From positions 1,211,793 to 1,275,792 of the forward strand of contig NC_068983.1 of NCBI RefSeq assembly GCF_001194135.2: a stretch of DNA of 64,000 bases, given 5' to 3'. Below, one piece after another: positions 39,922-50,231 of this stretch. The translations under genes and the position numbers were made by a program. Below the pieces are notes generated by a model, which did no database searches, was not told the DNA's origin, and worked only from the letters and a program-made list of their open reading frames with translations. The first letter of the stretch is position 1, and each line of letters opens with the position of its first letter. Origin of the DNA: Octopus bimaculoides (taxonomy: Eukaryota).

Positions 39922-41444
39922 GGGAGTGTGTGTGTGTGTGTGTGTGTGTGTGTCTATTCTTGTGTGGGAAATACATCTGTGGGGTGGACAGGGAGCTAGA
40001 AAGAAAAACATAACCAAAAGCTTTCCTTTCTAAATACATGTAAATCTAAAAGGGAAATAAACTCGTAATTCCTTTGAAATTATCTCCACTCTATATATGA
40101 TAATCTTCAACAATTGCAGCTATGCTTTCTGTTTCCTTTCTCCAGCTTGAAGATAAATTTCTATCAATATATTTCTGTTGTACGTTCTGAGTTCAAATTC
40201 TGCCGAGGTCGACTTTACTTTCGTCCTTTCGGGGTTGATTAAATAAGTACCAGTTACGCACTGGTAGCGACTAGAGCGACTTAATCCCTTTGTCCTTGTT
40301 TGTCCCCTTTATGTTTAGCTCCCTGTGGGCAATAAAGAAATAAATATATTTCTGTTGTGAAGCGCAACAGATCAACTGTTTAGTTAAATAATCAACAATT
40401 ACAGAAAAGATAATTACGCGTTAGGACCGGAAATTGAAGTGAGATGGCTTCGAAATGGTTGCCCATCAATGTTCAGGTGTATGTTCGGTAAACATCCTTG
40501 AAATAAATATCTCTTAACCCCGGCAGAAAACTACCCCCGGATAATTCACACCCCACCCCCAACGACAAATGTAACTCGCGATGATTATCCCCTGATAATC
40601 ATTATTCAATTATAATTCTTACTCATTATTAATGCAATTATTATTTATTATAATTTTTAATTATTAATGAATGTTCGTGTAAAGCCAACAATTTACAATG
40701 TTTGTCGTACTATGAAAGGAATGTGACATTAGAAATCTTATTAAAGGAATCATTTGCCTCTTGAACAGCAGAAAGAAACATGGCCATGTGAATTGTACAG
40801 GTGCAGTTGCCCCACAACCAAAACATTTCCAGTGTTTTATATTAGTGAAGTCTCATGGCTAAGCGGTTGAGGTATTCGGCTGCTCAATATTTTAAGCTCG
40901 TGAGATATGTGGCGGTGTGTTGTGTCCTTGAGCAAGACACTTTATTTCACGTTGCTCCAGTCCACTCTGTTGGCAAAAATGAGAAGTATCTGGATTTCAA
41001 AGGGGCAATCTTGTCAAACTTTGTGTCATGCTGAATCTCCCTGAGAACTACGTTAAGGGAACGCGTGTTTTGTGGATCGGATCAACTAGAACACTTGTCG
41101 TTGTAACCGATGGAGTGACAGTGTTTACATATGAGATGACGTAAGAGTTGAATTAAACTCCAGCAGCATCTTAAAGAAATAAAACTGTCATACGACCGTT
41201 ATTACTCAATGAAATCCATTTTTGATTATCGAAAACTTACGCCTGGCATAATTATTCTTTCAATATCTTGAAAAACATCTTCCCATTTATCTGGATTTTG
41301 TGGGGCTTTTTCTGGTATTAAATGTCTCAGGAACCCGGGAGCAACAGAAGGTAAAATTCTTCTACTTCGAATATAATCAAAATAATCATTTATATATCCA
41401 GCCAACTGTGCAACGGCAGCCACGAAATTTTCAGAGTTGTCCAT
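16375..41444 (-). CDS. DDC-like: DDC/AADC-like PLP-dependent decarboxylase, copy A (complete, 12 coding exons, 481 aa)
   Basis: Exons 41241-41444, 39549-39662, 39050-39169, 38752-38886, 36278-36421, 34137-34203, 33224-33318, 30816-30883, 26164-26254, 21195-21293, 20234-20335, 16375-16581; sum 1446 nt in one frame from ATG to TGA; all GT-AG; motifs WLHVDA, NPHKW (PLP lysine), WQIPCGR.FRSLKLW, CFRLK. Confidence 0.95.
16920..18060 (+). mobile_element. Degenerate R4/Dong-like RLE retrotransposon fragment
   Basis: [62 protein letters not shown]; many stops. Confidence 0.7.
18232..18737. mobile_element. MITE/foldback with ~150-bp terminal inverted repeats
   Basis: 18232-18380 is the reverse complement of about 18590-18737 (CCTAATTCCTCTGAAC...GAAAGAAACTTCA). 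Confidence 0.75.
18740..19830 (+). mobile_element. Degenerate R4/Dong-like RLE retrotransposon fragment
   Basis: [50 protein letters not shown]. Confidence 0.65.
19500..19802. repeat. ~31-36-bp minisatellite (AACAGAAATAATTCGAGTTTGGAGCC[A]n) x9
   Basis: Nine copies of GAGTTTGGAGC; units differ mainly in A-run length; derived from RLE coding segment IRVWSxKTEIIP. Confidence 0.88.
19850..20190 (+). mobile_element. R4/Dong-like RT-downstream fragment
   Basis: [54 protein letters not shown]. Confidence 0.7.
20234..20335 (-). CDS. DDC-like: DDC-like copy A coding exon 11
   Basis: ttctcag|[34 protein letters not shown]|gtaaat; 102 nt. Confidence 0.92.
21195..21293 (-). CDS. DDC-like: DDC-like copy A coding exon 10
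   Basis: attgtag|[33 protein letters not shown]|gtgagc; 99 nt. Confidence 0.93.
21666..22292. mobile_element. Non-autonomous DNA transposon, 27-bp perfect TIRs, 8-bp TSD (Merlin- or hAT-like)
   Basis: GGATCTATTTCAAAACGGGGGCACCAG at 21666-21692 and its reverse complement at 22266-22292; CCTTTCTC at 21658-21665 and 22293-22300; internal CCCTAA-like repeats. Confidence 0.85.
22440..22800 (-). mobile_element. RTE (BovB-like) LINE fragment
   Basis: [10 protein letters not shown]...[20 protein letters not shown]. Confidence 0.7.
23750..25620 (-). mobile_element. Degenerate Penelope-like element, interrupted by a SINE
   Basis: [15 protein letters not shown]...NVINWF and FDISMGSTD resemble Penelope RT motifs; AT-rich downstream part heavily decayed. 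Confidence 0.5.
24561..24960 (-). mobile_element. Near full-length tRNA-derived SINE (octopus-type)
   Basis: Minus-strand head AGTGGCTATGTGGTAAGTAGC...GGTTCCGGGTTCATTCCC (box A/B), internal (TG)n, tail ...CGCAGTCAAATGACTGAAACAAG. Confidence 0.8.
26164..26254 (-). CDS. DDC-like: DDC-like copy A coding exon 9 (catalytic loop)
   Basis: gttttag|(W)[30 protein letters not shown]|gtaaga; 91 nt, phase 2 to 0. Confidence 0.88.
27950..30420 (+). mobile_element. Long degenerate CR1-group LINE (endonuclease and RT remnants)
   Basis: [57 protein letters not shown]; many stops and frameshifts. Confidence 0.75.
30816..30883 (-). CDS. DDC-like: DDC-like copy A coding exon 8 (PLP-binding lysine)
   Basis: cttgcag|[22 protein letters not shown](W)|gtaagc; 68 nt. 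Confidence 0.94.
32560..33160 (+). mobile_element. RTE (BovB-like) LINE fragment with internal deletion
   Basis: NCWKVRTL...NIDIPALS, then [25 protein letters not shown]. Confidence 0.7.
33224..33318 (-). CDS. DDC-like: DDC-like copy A coding exon 7
   Basis: ttttcag|(C)[31 protein letters not shown]|gtaagt; 95 nt. Confidence 0.94.
33376..33717. mobile_element. Composite foldback element: tRNA-like heads plus hammerhead-like core
   Basis: Outer 57-bp inverted arms (33376-33432 / 33661-33717), inner 23-bp inverted tRNA box-A arms, CTGATGA...GAAACGTT at 33623-33658. Confidence 0.55.
34137..34203 (-). CDS. DDC-like: DDC-like copy A coding exon 6
   Basis: ttttcag|[22 protein letters not shown](C)|gtaagt; 67 nt. 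Confidence 0.93.
34290..34660 (+). mobile_element. tRNA-derived SINE with V-domain-like core
   Basis: TTGTGCTGCTGAGCAAGATGCTTTATTT and tail GATCGGATCAACTGGAACAC shared with 40855-41118. Confidence 0.6.
34770..34985 (+). mobile_element. tRNA-derived SINE (Meta-domain-like core)
   Basis: Similar to 3207-3425 and 40180-40330. Confidence 0.65.
35456..35838 (-). mobile_element. tRNA-derived SINE (octopus-type)
   Basis: High similarity along its length to 24561-24960. Confidence 0.8.
36278..36421 (-). CDS. DDC-like: DDC-like copy A coding exon 5
   Basis: ttttcag|[48 protein letters not shown]|gtaagt; 144 nt. Confidence 0.94.
37400..37833. mobile_element. MITE with ~130-bp terminal inverted repeats
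   Basis: AAGAGGCGATGCAATACGACC...GGGCTATCCTCAGCTGCATAA (37402-37500) mirrored at about 37730-37830. Confidence 0.7.
38163..38545. repeat. Compound (CT)n/(CTGT)n microsatellite
   Basis: Direct reading; one of many TA, CA, CT, CATA, TCTA and TAA tracts in the window. Confidence 0.95.
38752..38886 (-). CDS. DDC-like: DDC-like copy A coding exon 4
   Basis: ttattag|[45 protein letters not shown]|gtaagt; 135 nt. Confidence 0.92.
39050..39169 (-). CDS. DDC-like: DDC-like copy A coding exon 3
   Basis: atttcag|[40 protein letters not shown]|gtaagt; 120 nt. Confidence 0.94.
39549..39662 (-). CDS. DDC-like: DDC-like copy A coding exon 2
   Basis: ccaacag|[38 protein letters not shown]|gtaagt; 114 nt. 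Confidence 0.93.
40180..40330 (+). mobile_element. tRNA-derived SINE fragment (Meta-domain-like core)
   Basis: GAGTTCAAATTCTGCCGAGGTCGACTTT...CCTTTCGGGGTTGATTAAATAAGTACCAG. Confidence 0.65.
40855..41118 (+). mobile_element. tRNA-derived SINE with V-domain-like core
   Basis: TTGTGTCCTTGAGCAAGACACTT core; tail shared with 34290-34660. Confidence 0.65.
41241..41444 (-). CDS. DDC-like: DDC-like copy A coding exon 1
   Basis: [68 protein letters not shown]|gtaagt; 204 nt. Confidence 0.95.
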
Positions 41445-41527
41445 GTTTCTATATTACGTTGATGATGATGATGCTTTATTAGAGGAGAGCTAATATAGAA
41501 CACCTTCTGGGAATATTTACTATGCAA

Positions 41528-41609
41528 TTGCGCAACAGTTTGGGATATTTGGTTACGTAATAGTTGCATACAGTATAATTACGTAATAAGTATGTTATTA
41601 ATTGCGTAA
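41528..41609. promoter_or_regulatory. bZIP-site cluster (TTGCGCAA, 2x TTACGTAA, TTGCGTAA) upstream of copy A
   Basis: Sites at 41528, 41553, 41579, 41602; about 85-165 bp 5' of ATG; ATTTGGTTACGTAA shared exactly with copy B. Confidence 0.55.
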
Positions 41610-41829
41610 CATTTACATTATTAAATAATTAGATAAGACTTGATAAATCTATTTGTTTAAAAAATCCATGTTTATTCTGTTGAGTATAAATATTTAATAC
41701 CCAACGAGATGCAACATAAAAGGTTGAACTTAAATGAAAACAATTCAACCAGGCCCCCACTCACTTCTCCGATCTACTTTCCAACAAATTTACATAAGAA
41801 TATCACCTCTCCATTCATCGTACTCCCCA

Positions 41830-42720
41830 CCTCACGTGGTACTTGAAGACGTTAATAAAAGATAGTCTGCCATTTGCCCTTCAATCTTTTCCTCATACGA
41901 TCTTCCCCGATGTAACCTCCACTTTTTGATGGAGTTACGTCTAGGATGACTCATCGTGTCTAATAAGCGTTCCTTTCTGATACTATGCTTCTTGGTGAAT
42001 TGTCCTTCCTTGTAGGCTGTCCTTCTTGTTGGACTGTCATTCCTGATGGGCTCTTCTTCCCGGTGGGCTGTCTTTCTTGGTGAACTCTCCTTGCTGGGGA
42101 GCACTCCTTGCTGGTGGGCTTTTCCTGCTGGTGGGCTCTCCTTGCTGGTGAACTGTCCTTCCTGCTGAACTATCCCTCCTGCTGGACGAAACTTACTGCA
42201 TGTTGCAATATCTGTTCTACATAACTTCATAATCGAACACTGGCGTGACTCTGAGCGAGTGCATAACGGACGGTTTCGCCGCAGTGAGGGCACCTCGAGC
42301 AGACGTGACTTACTGAAACTGTATGCTTGTAAACTGCATCTCAAATTAGTAATGTCTCTCAGTATTACTGTCAGAGGTTTCTGGGAGTTTCTTATAGTCC
42401 TCGGACTGAAAGTAACCCCAAACAAACATTTCTGTTGATCTCTGTCTCTGTACAATGTCACCACGGGCACTTGCCTAAGTGTTAGCGTTTACACAATGCT
42501 ATTCCACCAGTCACATAACCCAGCCAATAGAGAACTGTAAATGCCTGACAATATTCCAAAGTTTAGACGACCCATTATAGCATTCGCTTGACCCAAAACT
42601 GCAGCCTCACCAAAGAATCAACTGATGGCAAGGAAGCACATTTGTTCCCTGTCTAGGAATCATGTCAAAGACAGCGAGATCAGTACATAACTGCGCATCT
42701 TTACTCATGGTAAACCGAAC
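41830..42720 (-). mobile_element. Degenerate CR1/L2-like LINE 3' end with low-complexity tail
   Basis: GC-richer block with remnants resembling the post-RT region (ASARGDIVQRQRS...YKKLP); no clean ORF homology. Confidence 0.35.
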
Positions 42721-43193
42721 GTTTCTTTTAATGTTTGTTGGTAGAAATTTGATATGGAGACAAGCGAAACACGTTCCTTCACTATAAAGCCAAATGAAAA
42801 TAAGGAAGAGGGTGACAGTCAGGGTTGATTAAATTACTGAGGTGATAAATACATCCTTTCTGGATCTTTTAGGAAGAGCTTCTTAGCATATTCATTTCGC
42901 GTTGTGACGCTTTCAAGGCTTTTAGCGTCCACAAACGCTCAAGGTATAAAATGCACAGGAGTGGTTGGAAAAGGCACTCTTTGAAGACCAAACATGTGAC
43001 TCTCAAAAGAGTTTTGTTAGATGGCCATCTCGTCTGAGCATCGTGAAAACCTACTGAATATTGAAACACTCCAACTCTTAGAGAGAGAACAGAAATCAAT
43101 TTACATTGTAAGTCACCGTAAAATACTAATGATCGACTTAGGAAATACGTACAAATATACATACATTCGAAAAAAAAAACATGCGTACACACA

Positions 43194-43227
<34 letters not shown>

Positions 43228-43292
43228 CATACATACATACATACATATATACATACATACATACATACATACATACATACATACATACATAC

Positions 43293-44545
43293 AACCTTGA
43301 ACTCTTACCCAAAGAAATTGCAAGATTCTACCGTAACATAACATCAGAGGAGAGGATGAATGCATTCCAGCAGAAGACCATGCATGGATACGTTAACAAA
43401 AAGCTCCAGGGTGATAACAACATTGACAACCAGAGCAGTCTATCGTGGACAAACAATCGGGTCACCAACTCTCACTTTGAAGGGTATGCCTTTGCTATTC
43501 AAGAACAAGAAATAGCAACTAAATTCCTAATAAACAAACGGGACAGAGAGGCGGGCAAAGCGCCACAATGTAATAATCGATGCAGACTCTGTGGAATCAG
43601 TATCGNNNNNNNNNNNNNNNNNNNNNNNNNNNNNNNNNNNNNNNNNNNNNNNNNNNNNNNNNNNNNNNNNNNNNNNNNNNNNNNNNNNNNNNNNNNNNNN
43701 NNNNNNNNNNNNNNNNNNNNNNNNNNNNNNNNNNNNNNNNNNNNNNNNNNNNNNNNNNNNNNNNNNNNNNNNNNNNNNNNNNNNNNNNNNNNNNNNNNNN
43801 NNNNNNNNNNNNNNNNNNNNNNNNNNNNNNNNNNNNNNNNNNNNNNNNNNNNNNNNNNNNNNNNNNNNNNNNNNNNNNNNNNNNNNNNNNNNNNNNNNNN
43901 NNNNNNNNNNNNNNNNNNNNNNNNNNNNNNNNNNNNNNNNNNNNNNNNNNNNNNNNNNNNNNNNNNNNNNNNNNNNNNNNNNNNNNNNNNNNNNNNNNNN
44001 NNNNNNNNNNNNNNNNNNNNNNNNNNNNNNNNNNNNNNNNNNNNNNNNNNNNNNNNNNNNNNNNNNNNNNNNNNNNNNNNNNNNNNNNNNNNNNNNNNNN
44101 NNNNNNNNNNNNNNNNNNNNNNNNNNNNNNNNNNNNNNNNNNNNNNNNNNNNNNNNNNNNNNNNNNNNNNNNNNNNNNNNNNNNNNNNNNNNNNNNNNNN
44201 ATGTAACGAACTGCCTCAACAAAAACCTGGAAAAATTAGGGTTCTCAAAACCTGAAAGAAAAAGGCTGATTAGAAGACTACAGATTCAAGCCATCAATGG
44301 AACTATAAAGATATGTAAAACTTTCCAAAAATTTAGCACATAAATACATAAAGACATAAAAACGCATCCATAAAACAAACATACAAATCTGCGCATACAC
44401 TAACACCAAATACTGCACACACACACATATGCACAAATACCTAGATGATGTTGATAAAAGTTCTAATGAAGGAGCCTTGAACCTATGTTAGAGTCCGGCT
44501 CTTTCTCTATGGACAAGAAATACAGAAATGAAACTGATTGATAAC
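43293..44545 (+). mobile_element. 5'-truncated RLE-type (R4/Dong-like) retrotransposon bordered by (CATA)n
   Basis: EGYAFAIQEQEIAT, CRLC zinc-knuckle start, LIRRLQIQAINGTIKICKTF; (CATA)n at 43186-43292 and 44546-44590. Confidence 0.8.
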
Positions 44546-45709
44546 ATATATATACATACATACATACATAAATACATACATACATACAAGCAATCACTTT
44601 AACCGGAACCAGGCAGCAGTATGCAGAGACTCGAGAGGAGAAGCAGTAAATATCATAGAAGCTCATTCAAAAGAAACTGACACGGATTCTCTCTATTCAG
44701 TCTGTGGAGATTTGCAAGACATTCCAAAGATTATCCATCTGAGATTCTTTTGGTGAATAGACACACACACTTAGGTATATACATCGACAATTGAACTAAC
44801 ACACCAACTCAACCTGTGACGTTCACTCGTTCGCTTCTCTTCAAAACTTCAACTGAACTGTCCTTCAACCGAATTGTTGAATAACTCATTGCACTTTCGA
44901 TGTCCAAAGTATAAGTTTGTGGACAACAGCTATTTTGGGACTTTCACCTTTTGGGGCTTTCACCTTTTCAAGTATTGCAACGTTTCTTAGCCTGTCCTTA
45001 TTGCTTATTCTCCTTAATATGCAAACGATCTTCATGTCAGAAACATTTTCCTTCATTTCCTTTGCTGCGTACTTGTCCCAGTTTTGCCCCGTAGAGAGCA
45101 GTTGGTGGTATATAAAATTTTACTGGTTTTAGTTTTTGGTGCAAAGTTATGTATTTTGAGGTGAAGAATTTCGTCATTCTTGCCTTTGATTAAATTGCAA
45201 TGTTTCGAAGGGAGAGAACTAATTTAGAACACCTAAGTTCTTTCCCTTGCGTAAATATTTTTGTTTTTATAATGGCAGTAAACTACAACTCAAAATTAAC
45301 TTGATCTCTGTAAAATGATAAAACAGTTGCATAACTTTCATGGATTTCCACCATATTGGTCTAAGCTATAATCGGAATCGATAGTAATATTTCTGCTTAG
45401 TAAATTCTGGGATTCTGGCGAATGCTCAGGTGTATGAGCATGGACAGGAATGCGAATAGGAAATAGATCAACTTGAGGTAGGGAGCAGAGATTTGCAAAA
45501 AATTCGGTTTCTGCACAGATGACGGCGGACCAAGATGTGCCTGAGCGACAGACAACAGAGAGAGAGAGAGAGAGCTTATGTGTTTAGGAGCCGGAAATAG
45601 GTTGAGCTTAATCAGAAAACTAGAAATTGTTTTTGTAGATTGTCTTAAATGTAAGACACATGTTATGAAAAAAATGACTAGGAAAGAAGGTCACGAATGA
45701 CCTGCTTTT

Positions 45710-45854
45710 TTTTACGGTCTTCTTTCAGTTTCCGTCCACCAAATGCACTCAGAAGGCTTCTGTCGGTGCGAGGCTTTAGTAGAAGACACTTGCCCAAGTT
45801 GCTACGCAGTGGGACTGAACCTGGAACCATGTGACTAGTAAGCAAGCTACTTAC

Positions 45855-45860
<6 letters not shown>
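45710..45860 (-). mobile_element. Head fragment of tRNA-derived SINE (octopus-type)
   Basis: Matches right part of 24561-24960. Confidence 0.7.
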
Positions 45861-45913
<53 letters not shown>

Positions 45914-46018
45914 GTATAGTGAATCGAAACAAAGAAGAACAAACATGAAAAACAACAGTGTGAGGATGTGGTACAAGTAATGTATTATCAGATTGTCAGC
46001 AAAGGAAAGAAAGAACAG

Positions 46019-46048
46019 TTAACGTTTCGAGCAGACGCTCTTCTTCAG
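46019..46048 (-). ncRNA. Minimal hammerhead-ribozyme-like motif (Penelope-type)
   Basis: Minus strand CTGAAGA-A-GAGC-GTCT-GCTC-GAAACGTT: core boxes, perfect 4-bp stem II, palindromic AACGTT. Confidence 0.45.
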
Positions 46049-46440
46049 AAATTCAGAAATACAGGAGAGTCCAATAGAAGGGAAGACGGAACAAGAAAAT
46101 ATATATGCATGTATGCATGTATGCATGTATGTATGTATATATGTATGTATGTATGTATGCATGTATGTATGTATTTATGTATGTATGTATGTATGTATGT
46201 ATTTATGTATGTATGTATGTATGTATTTATGTATGTATGTATGTATGCATGTATGCATGTATGTATGTATATATGTATGCATGTATGTATGTATGTATAT
46301 CTGTATGTATGTATGTATTTATGTATGTATGTATGTATTTATGTATGTATGTATGTATGTATGTATGTATGTATGTATGTATGTATATCTGTATGTATGT
46401 ATGTATGTATGTATGTATGTATTCATGTATGTATGTATGT

Positions 46441-46639
46441 ATTGTATATGTTTCTTCTATTTGTTAACTATTATAAATCTTTCAATGAGGAGGGAGCCGG
46501 TTTCCAACAAAGATAAAAGGCTCCATCTTTTGAATGTAGTTAACACAGACAAATTCACATTTCGAAATTGAGAAAAGCCTTGCGTATTCTTACTGTTCCA
46601 CTGACAGATCGCATTTGTAATGTACCAATTAGTCGGTCG

Positions 46640-46640
<1 letters not shown>
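46441..46640 (-). mobile_element. 3' end of the (CATA)n-associated RLE retrotransposon family
   Basis: LIGTLQMRSVSGTVRIRKAF plus shared 3' UTR motif, running into the (ATGT)n tract 46100-46440. Confidence 0.65.
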
Positions 46641-46698
<58 letters not shown>

Positions 46699-49115
46699 TA
46701 TATGTATACGCATCCATTCATGCACACACATCCACACATCTATATATACATACAAAATTACACATCTGCATATATCTGCATTCCTACATGAGTATGTATG
46801 TGTGTGTGTGAGCGCGCGCGCGTATTTATTCCTTTTGTATGCATGTACAACATGGTCTAACTTTATTAAATGATGTCCAAAGGGAAGTCGATTCTCAGAA
46901 CAGAACCATTAAACGAGCAATGAAAATATCCCCAGGAGATATCGAAGAACTGAGGCCAGGTCTAACCCGACATTTCCAATGAATGCTGAGATTACTATGA
47001 CTCGGAAAACTTTTGACTCTAAACATTTTCACAACAGAAAATAAAGCAGACGACAGTATCAAACAGAAAGAAAGTATAGGCGTAGACATGACTATGTAAT
47101 AAAAAGACTGCATTGAGATGTTATCTGAGTGTGTGACTTCGGAATAACTGGTAAGTGGTATAAACACGAACCAGAAGCTGTGTCACAGAACGACTATTAC
47201 TAAGTCATATTTAATATTCAGCTGTTAAGCTGTTGAAATGTAATTGTGTATCTTCATTTCCTCCATCTGGAATTTGTTGCCCTGTTTCATTATTTATCCA
47301 TGTGCTGCAGCTGGGTTTCTGTCTTCCATACTGTTCTTGATAACATTCACTCACTTCACGATAGAACACTAGCGTTGTTTTATGATCTCGCGTGGTTATG
47401 AAAACTTGTGTAGCGTTCGGTGTTATTATAGACACATTTGTCGCACAATATCCTCAAGCTATTGACACTGAATACCCGCCAATATTGTACCATATAAGGA
47501 CCGACGAATACACCGGACGGCAATCTGTGTTCCTTTAAACCAAATATTATGGGACTACTTTTAATGTAGGAAACTGTCAGAATTAATTCAATTATCTGTT
47601 TTCAAGGTAACATATATTATGTCATACGAGCTCCATCACCCGAGGGTAACTTTCCGTATTTGCAAGACCTGGACTAAATTTTCTTTGAGTTGAACAAGTA
47701 AGCCTTATGACTTTGGAAAATGCCTTCCAAAATGTTTAGTTTGGTTCATGTTTGAAATAATATCCAAATACAGAAAATGAATTTCTTCAGTTGAAGCTGG
47801 AACACGAACAATTCGCTAAGGAAGTTTTTAAATATATCAGGGTGTCAAAAGCAAACAACAAAAACAACAACGGCAACAGCAGTAACACAGGCAATAATAA
47901 TAATATTCACTTTTATTTACCACAATGTTCAAGAAAATACAGAAAGCGTGTTACAAAAGTAGTTACAAATTGGAAATCTGTATATATACATATATCATAC
48001 CTTTTGTATGTGTTCGATATTTTATACACACACGTCGTTAGAACGTTGTATATTAACAGAAGTCAAAACTATGTTGCTGAAAACAATTACAACCAGAGAT
48101 CACCAACTCACAGAGAAGTGAGAGGCTTCCTTTTATAATCTTACCACAATATAATCCGCTCTTCAGACACTGCAACTTTTCCCTCCTTTTTGTTTCATCT
48201 TGTTTAGTCTTTTTATAAAATTTTAGATACCAGTTCAGACTGTCGTGAGGCCCAGGTTTCCAGAACATGGTCACCTCTTTAAGAGGGTTTTGAAACGTCA
48301 TGCATTTATTTTTTCAAGTCTAATGCTTTTTCGCCTCATTATTCTGAATGCTGTCGACTACTTCTCTCCATCTTCTCCCAGCCTCATTTTTTTCCTGATT
48401 GTCATAATACCATATGTCGGCCGAAAGTATGTAGCCTTTGAGAATTTCTATGCTTCGGGTGTCCGAAGGATGATCCTAGATTTCTTGGCCATTCCAAACA
48501 TCTGGTGCTCGTTTCGCTGACAATGTAATGATTTTTGTTTCAACTTCGGTTATCATCGAAACTATGGTCGATGATAGCCAATAATTCATAATACTTTACC
48601 TTTCAGTTACATTTCAGTGATAGACAAATGAATTAACAAAGGAGAAAGATTGATATTTATCCGTGGAGCTAGGAGTAACGATTGAAATATTTACATTAAT
48701 TCCGCTCTGTTCACCTTTAATAATAATACATTCTTGGAAGAAGGATGAGGAATTCGGTACATTTCATTGTCCCTTTACGTTTATTATTTCGCGAATCTCA
48801 TATAACAGGTTTTATATATGAAACAACAATAATAATTATGGAATGTTAAATATATTTACGTTTCACATTAACAAGAATCAAAACAAAGAATGATTTCAGC
48901 AAATAAGTCTCATTAAGACTACAATGTCGCCATCAGCTGACTCTTTGAGGAATGTATAATGGTCTTAATATGAACGACTTTATTAACAATACTTTGTTTT
49001 GGAATAAAGCAAATTAATTAATTGGATGAGTGTCATTCTCATCTTCGTTCCTATAAAAACTTGGTTTATAAATACATCATTGGATTTTCTGGAGATTTTA
49101 TTATATTTATAAAAG

Positions 49116-49561
49116 TTAGAAATGAGTGCTTTTCGGTTGGTAAACATCAGACGGCCTACAGTTGATATTTTTTTCTGTTTCTTCATTCTCGGATGTACTA
49201 TCCGTGATTTGGGAGGCATTAACGGCAGGAACCTGACACAATCTTCCTTCAACGGACAGAAAATTCCGTTCAGTGTTCGATGATGTTGTATTGGAGGACA
49301 ATTTCGGTTCTATTTCCGAATGATGAGATTCGTTGCTATCCCAAGTTTTGCCACTTTTTTCTTCAAAAAACGCGACTATTAAAGCAACAACTAATATAAT
49401 TCCACAAAGCAGACGCACTGATAAAAGCGTGCCGTGAATCTTTAATCTCATATCTTCAATATCATACAATTGACATTCACTTCTGACGCCGCATGTCCAG
49501 GCCCAGTGTGTGCAGGACAAATCCAGCAGCAAACCAAAAGCTATGGGTCCGGACATCCAAC
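49116..49561 (-). CDS. SLCO: SLCO terminal coding exon
   Basis: ttgtcag|GT TGG ATG...; ends YQPKSTHF*. Confidence 0.9.
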
Positions 49562-49637
49562 CTGACAAATAGAAGTTAAGAAACGTTAATGTTGTCATCT
49601 GGGAAGAATTCTCACCATCTTAACAGTTTATTTTTAC

Positions 49638-49703
<66 letters not shown>

Positions 49704-50167
49704 GCGGACTTAATACATGCAACATACGGTACCATGCTATCCGTTCTTTTCAGCTCTCTAATATTTTCCTGATTATTCTGGCTGTGTCAAGGAAGCAAAC
49801 CTTTTGTAACAGTTCTACTGGAGACTCTATTCTAATTTCCTTTATATTCCCCTCCTTCTGATACTGTCCCCAAGGACCCAACAATAATTGGCACTATCTT
49901 CACCTTCTTCATTTTCCATAACTGGATTATATCGTACTTAAGAGTGTTGTATCTCTCTATCTTTTCGCCTTCCTTCTTGACCATTCGTGGCTCAAAGGGT
50001 CATGCAACATCAACTGTATAGCATATGTGGGCCACCTTGTCCACCACCGCTAGATCTGGTCTGTTATGCTCTAGCAGGATTTTGCTAGTCTCTAGCGCCG
50101 ACGCTCTCTGTGGCTTGTGCTCATAACACGTCTAGCCTCCCTCGAGACCCACTTTTCCCACAGATTC

Positions 50168-50231
<64 letters not shown>

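Noticed and set aside
41832-42470. 212-aa minus-strand ORF just upstream of copy A, considered a separate gene or N-terminal extension
   Set aside because: Low-complexity repeats, continuous with a LINE-like remnant, and copy A exon 1 already starts at the position expected for DDC.
48245-48520. Hydrophobic 91-aa plus-strand ORF
   Set aside because: No motif; lies downstream of the SLCO stop and looks like the antisense reading of a decayed element.
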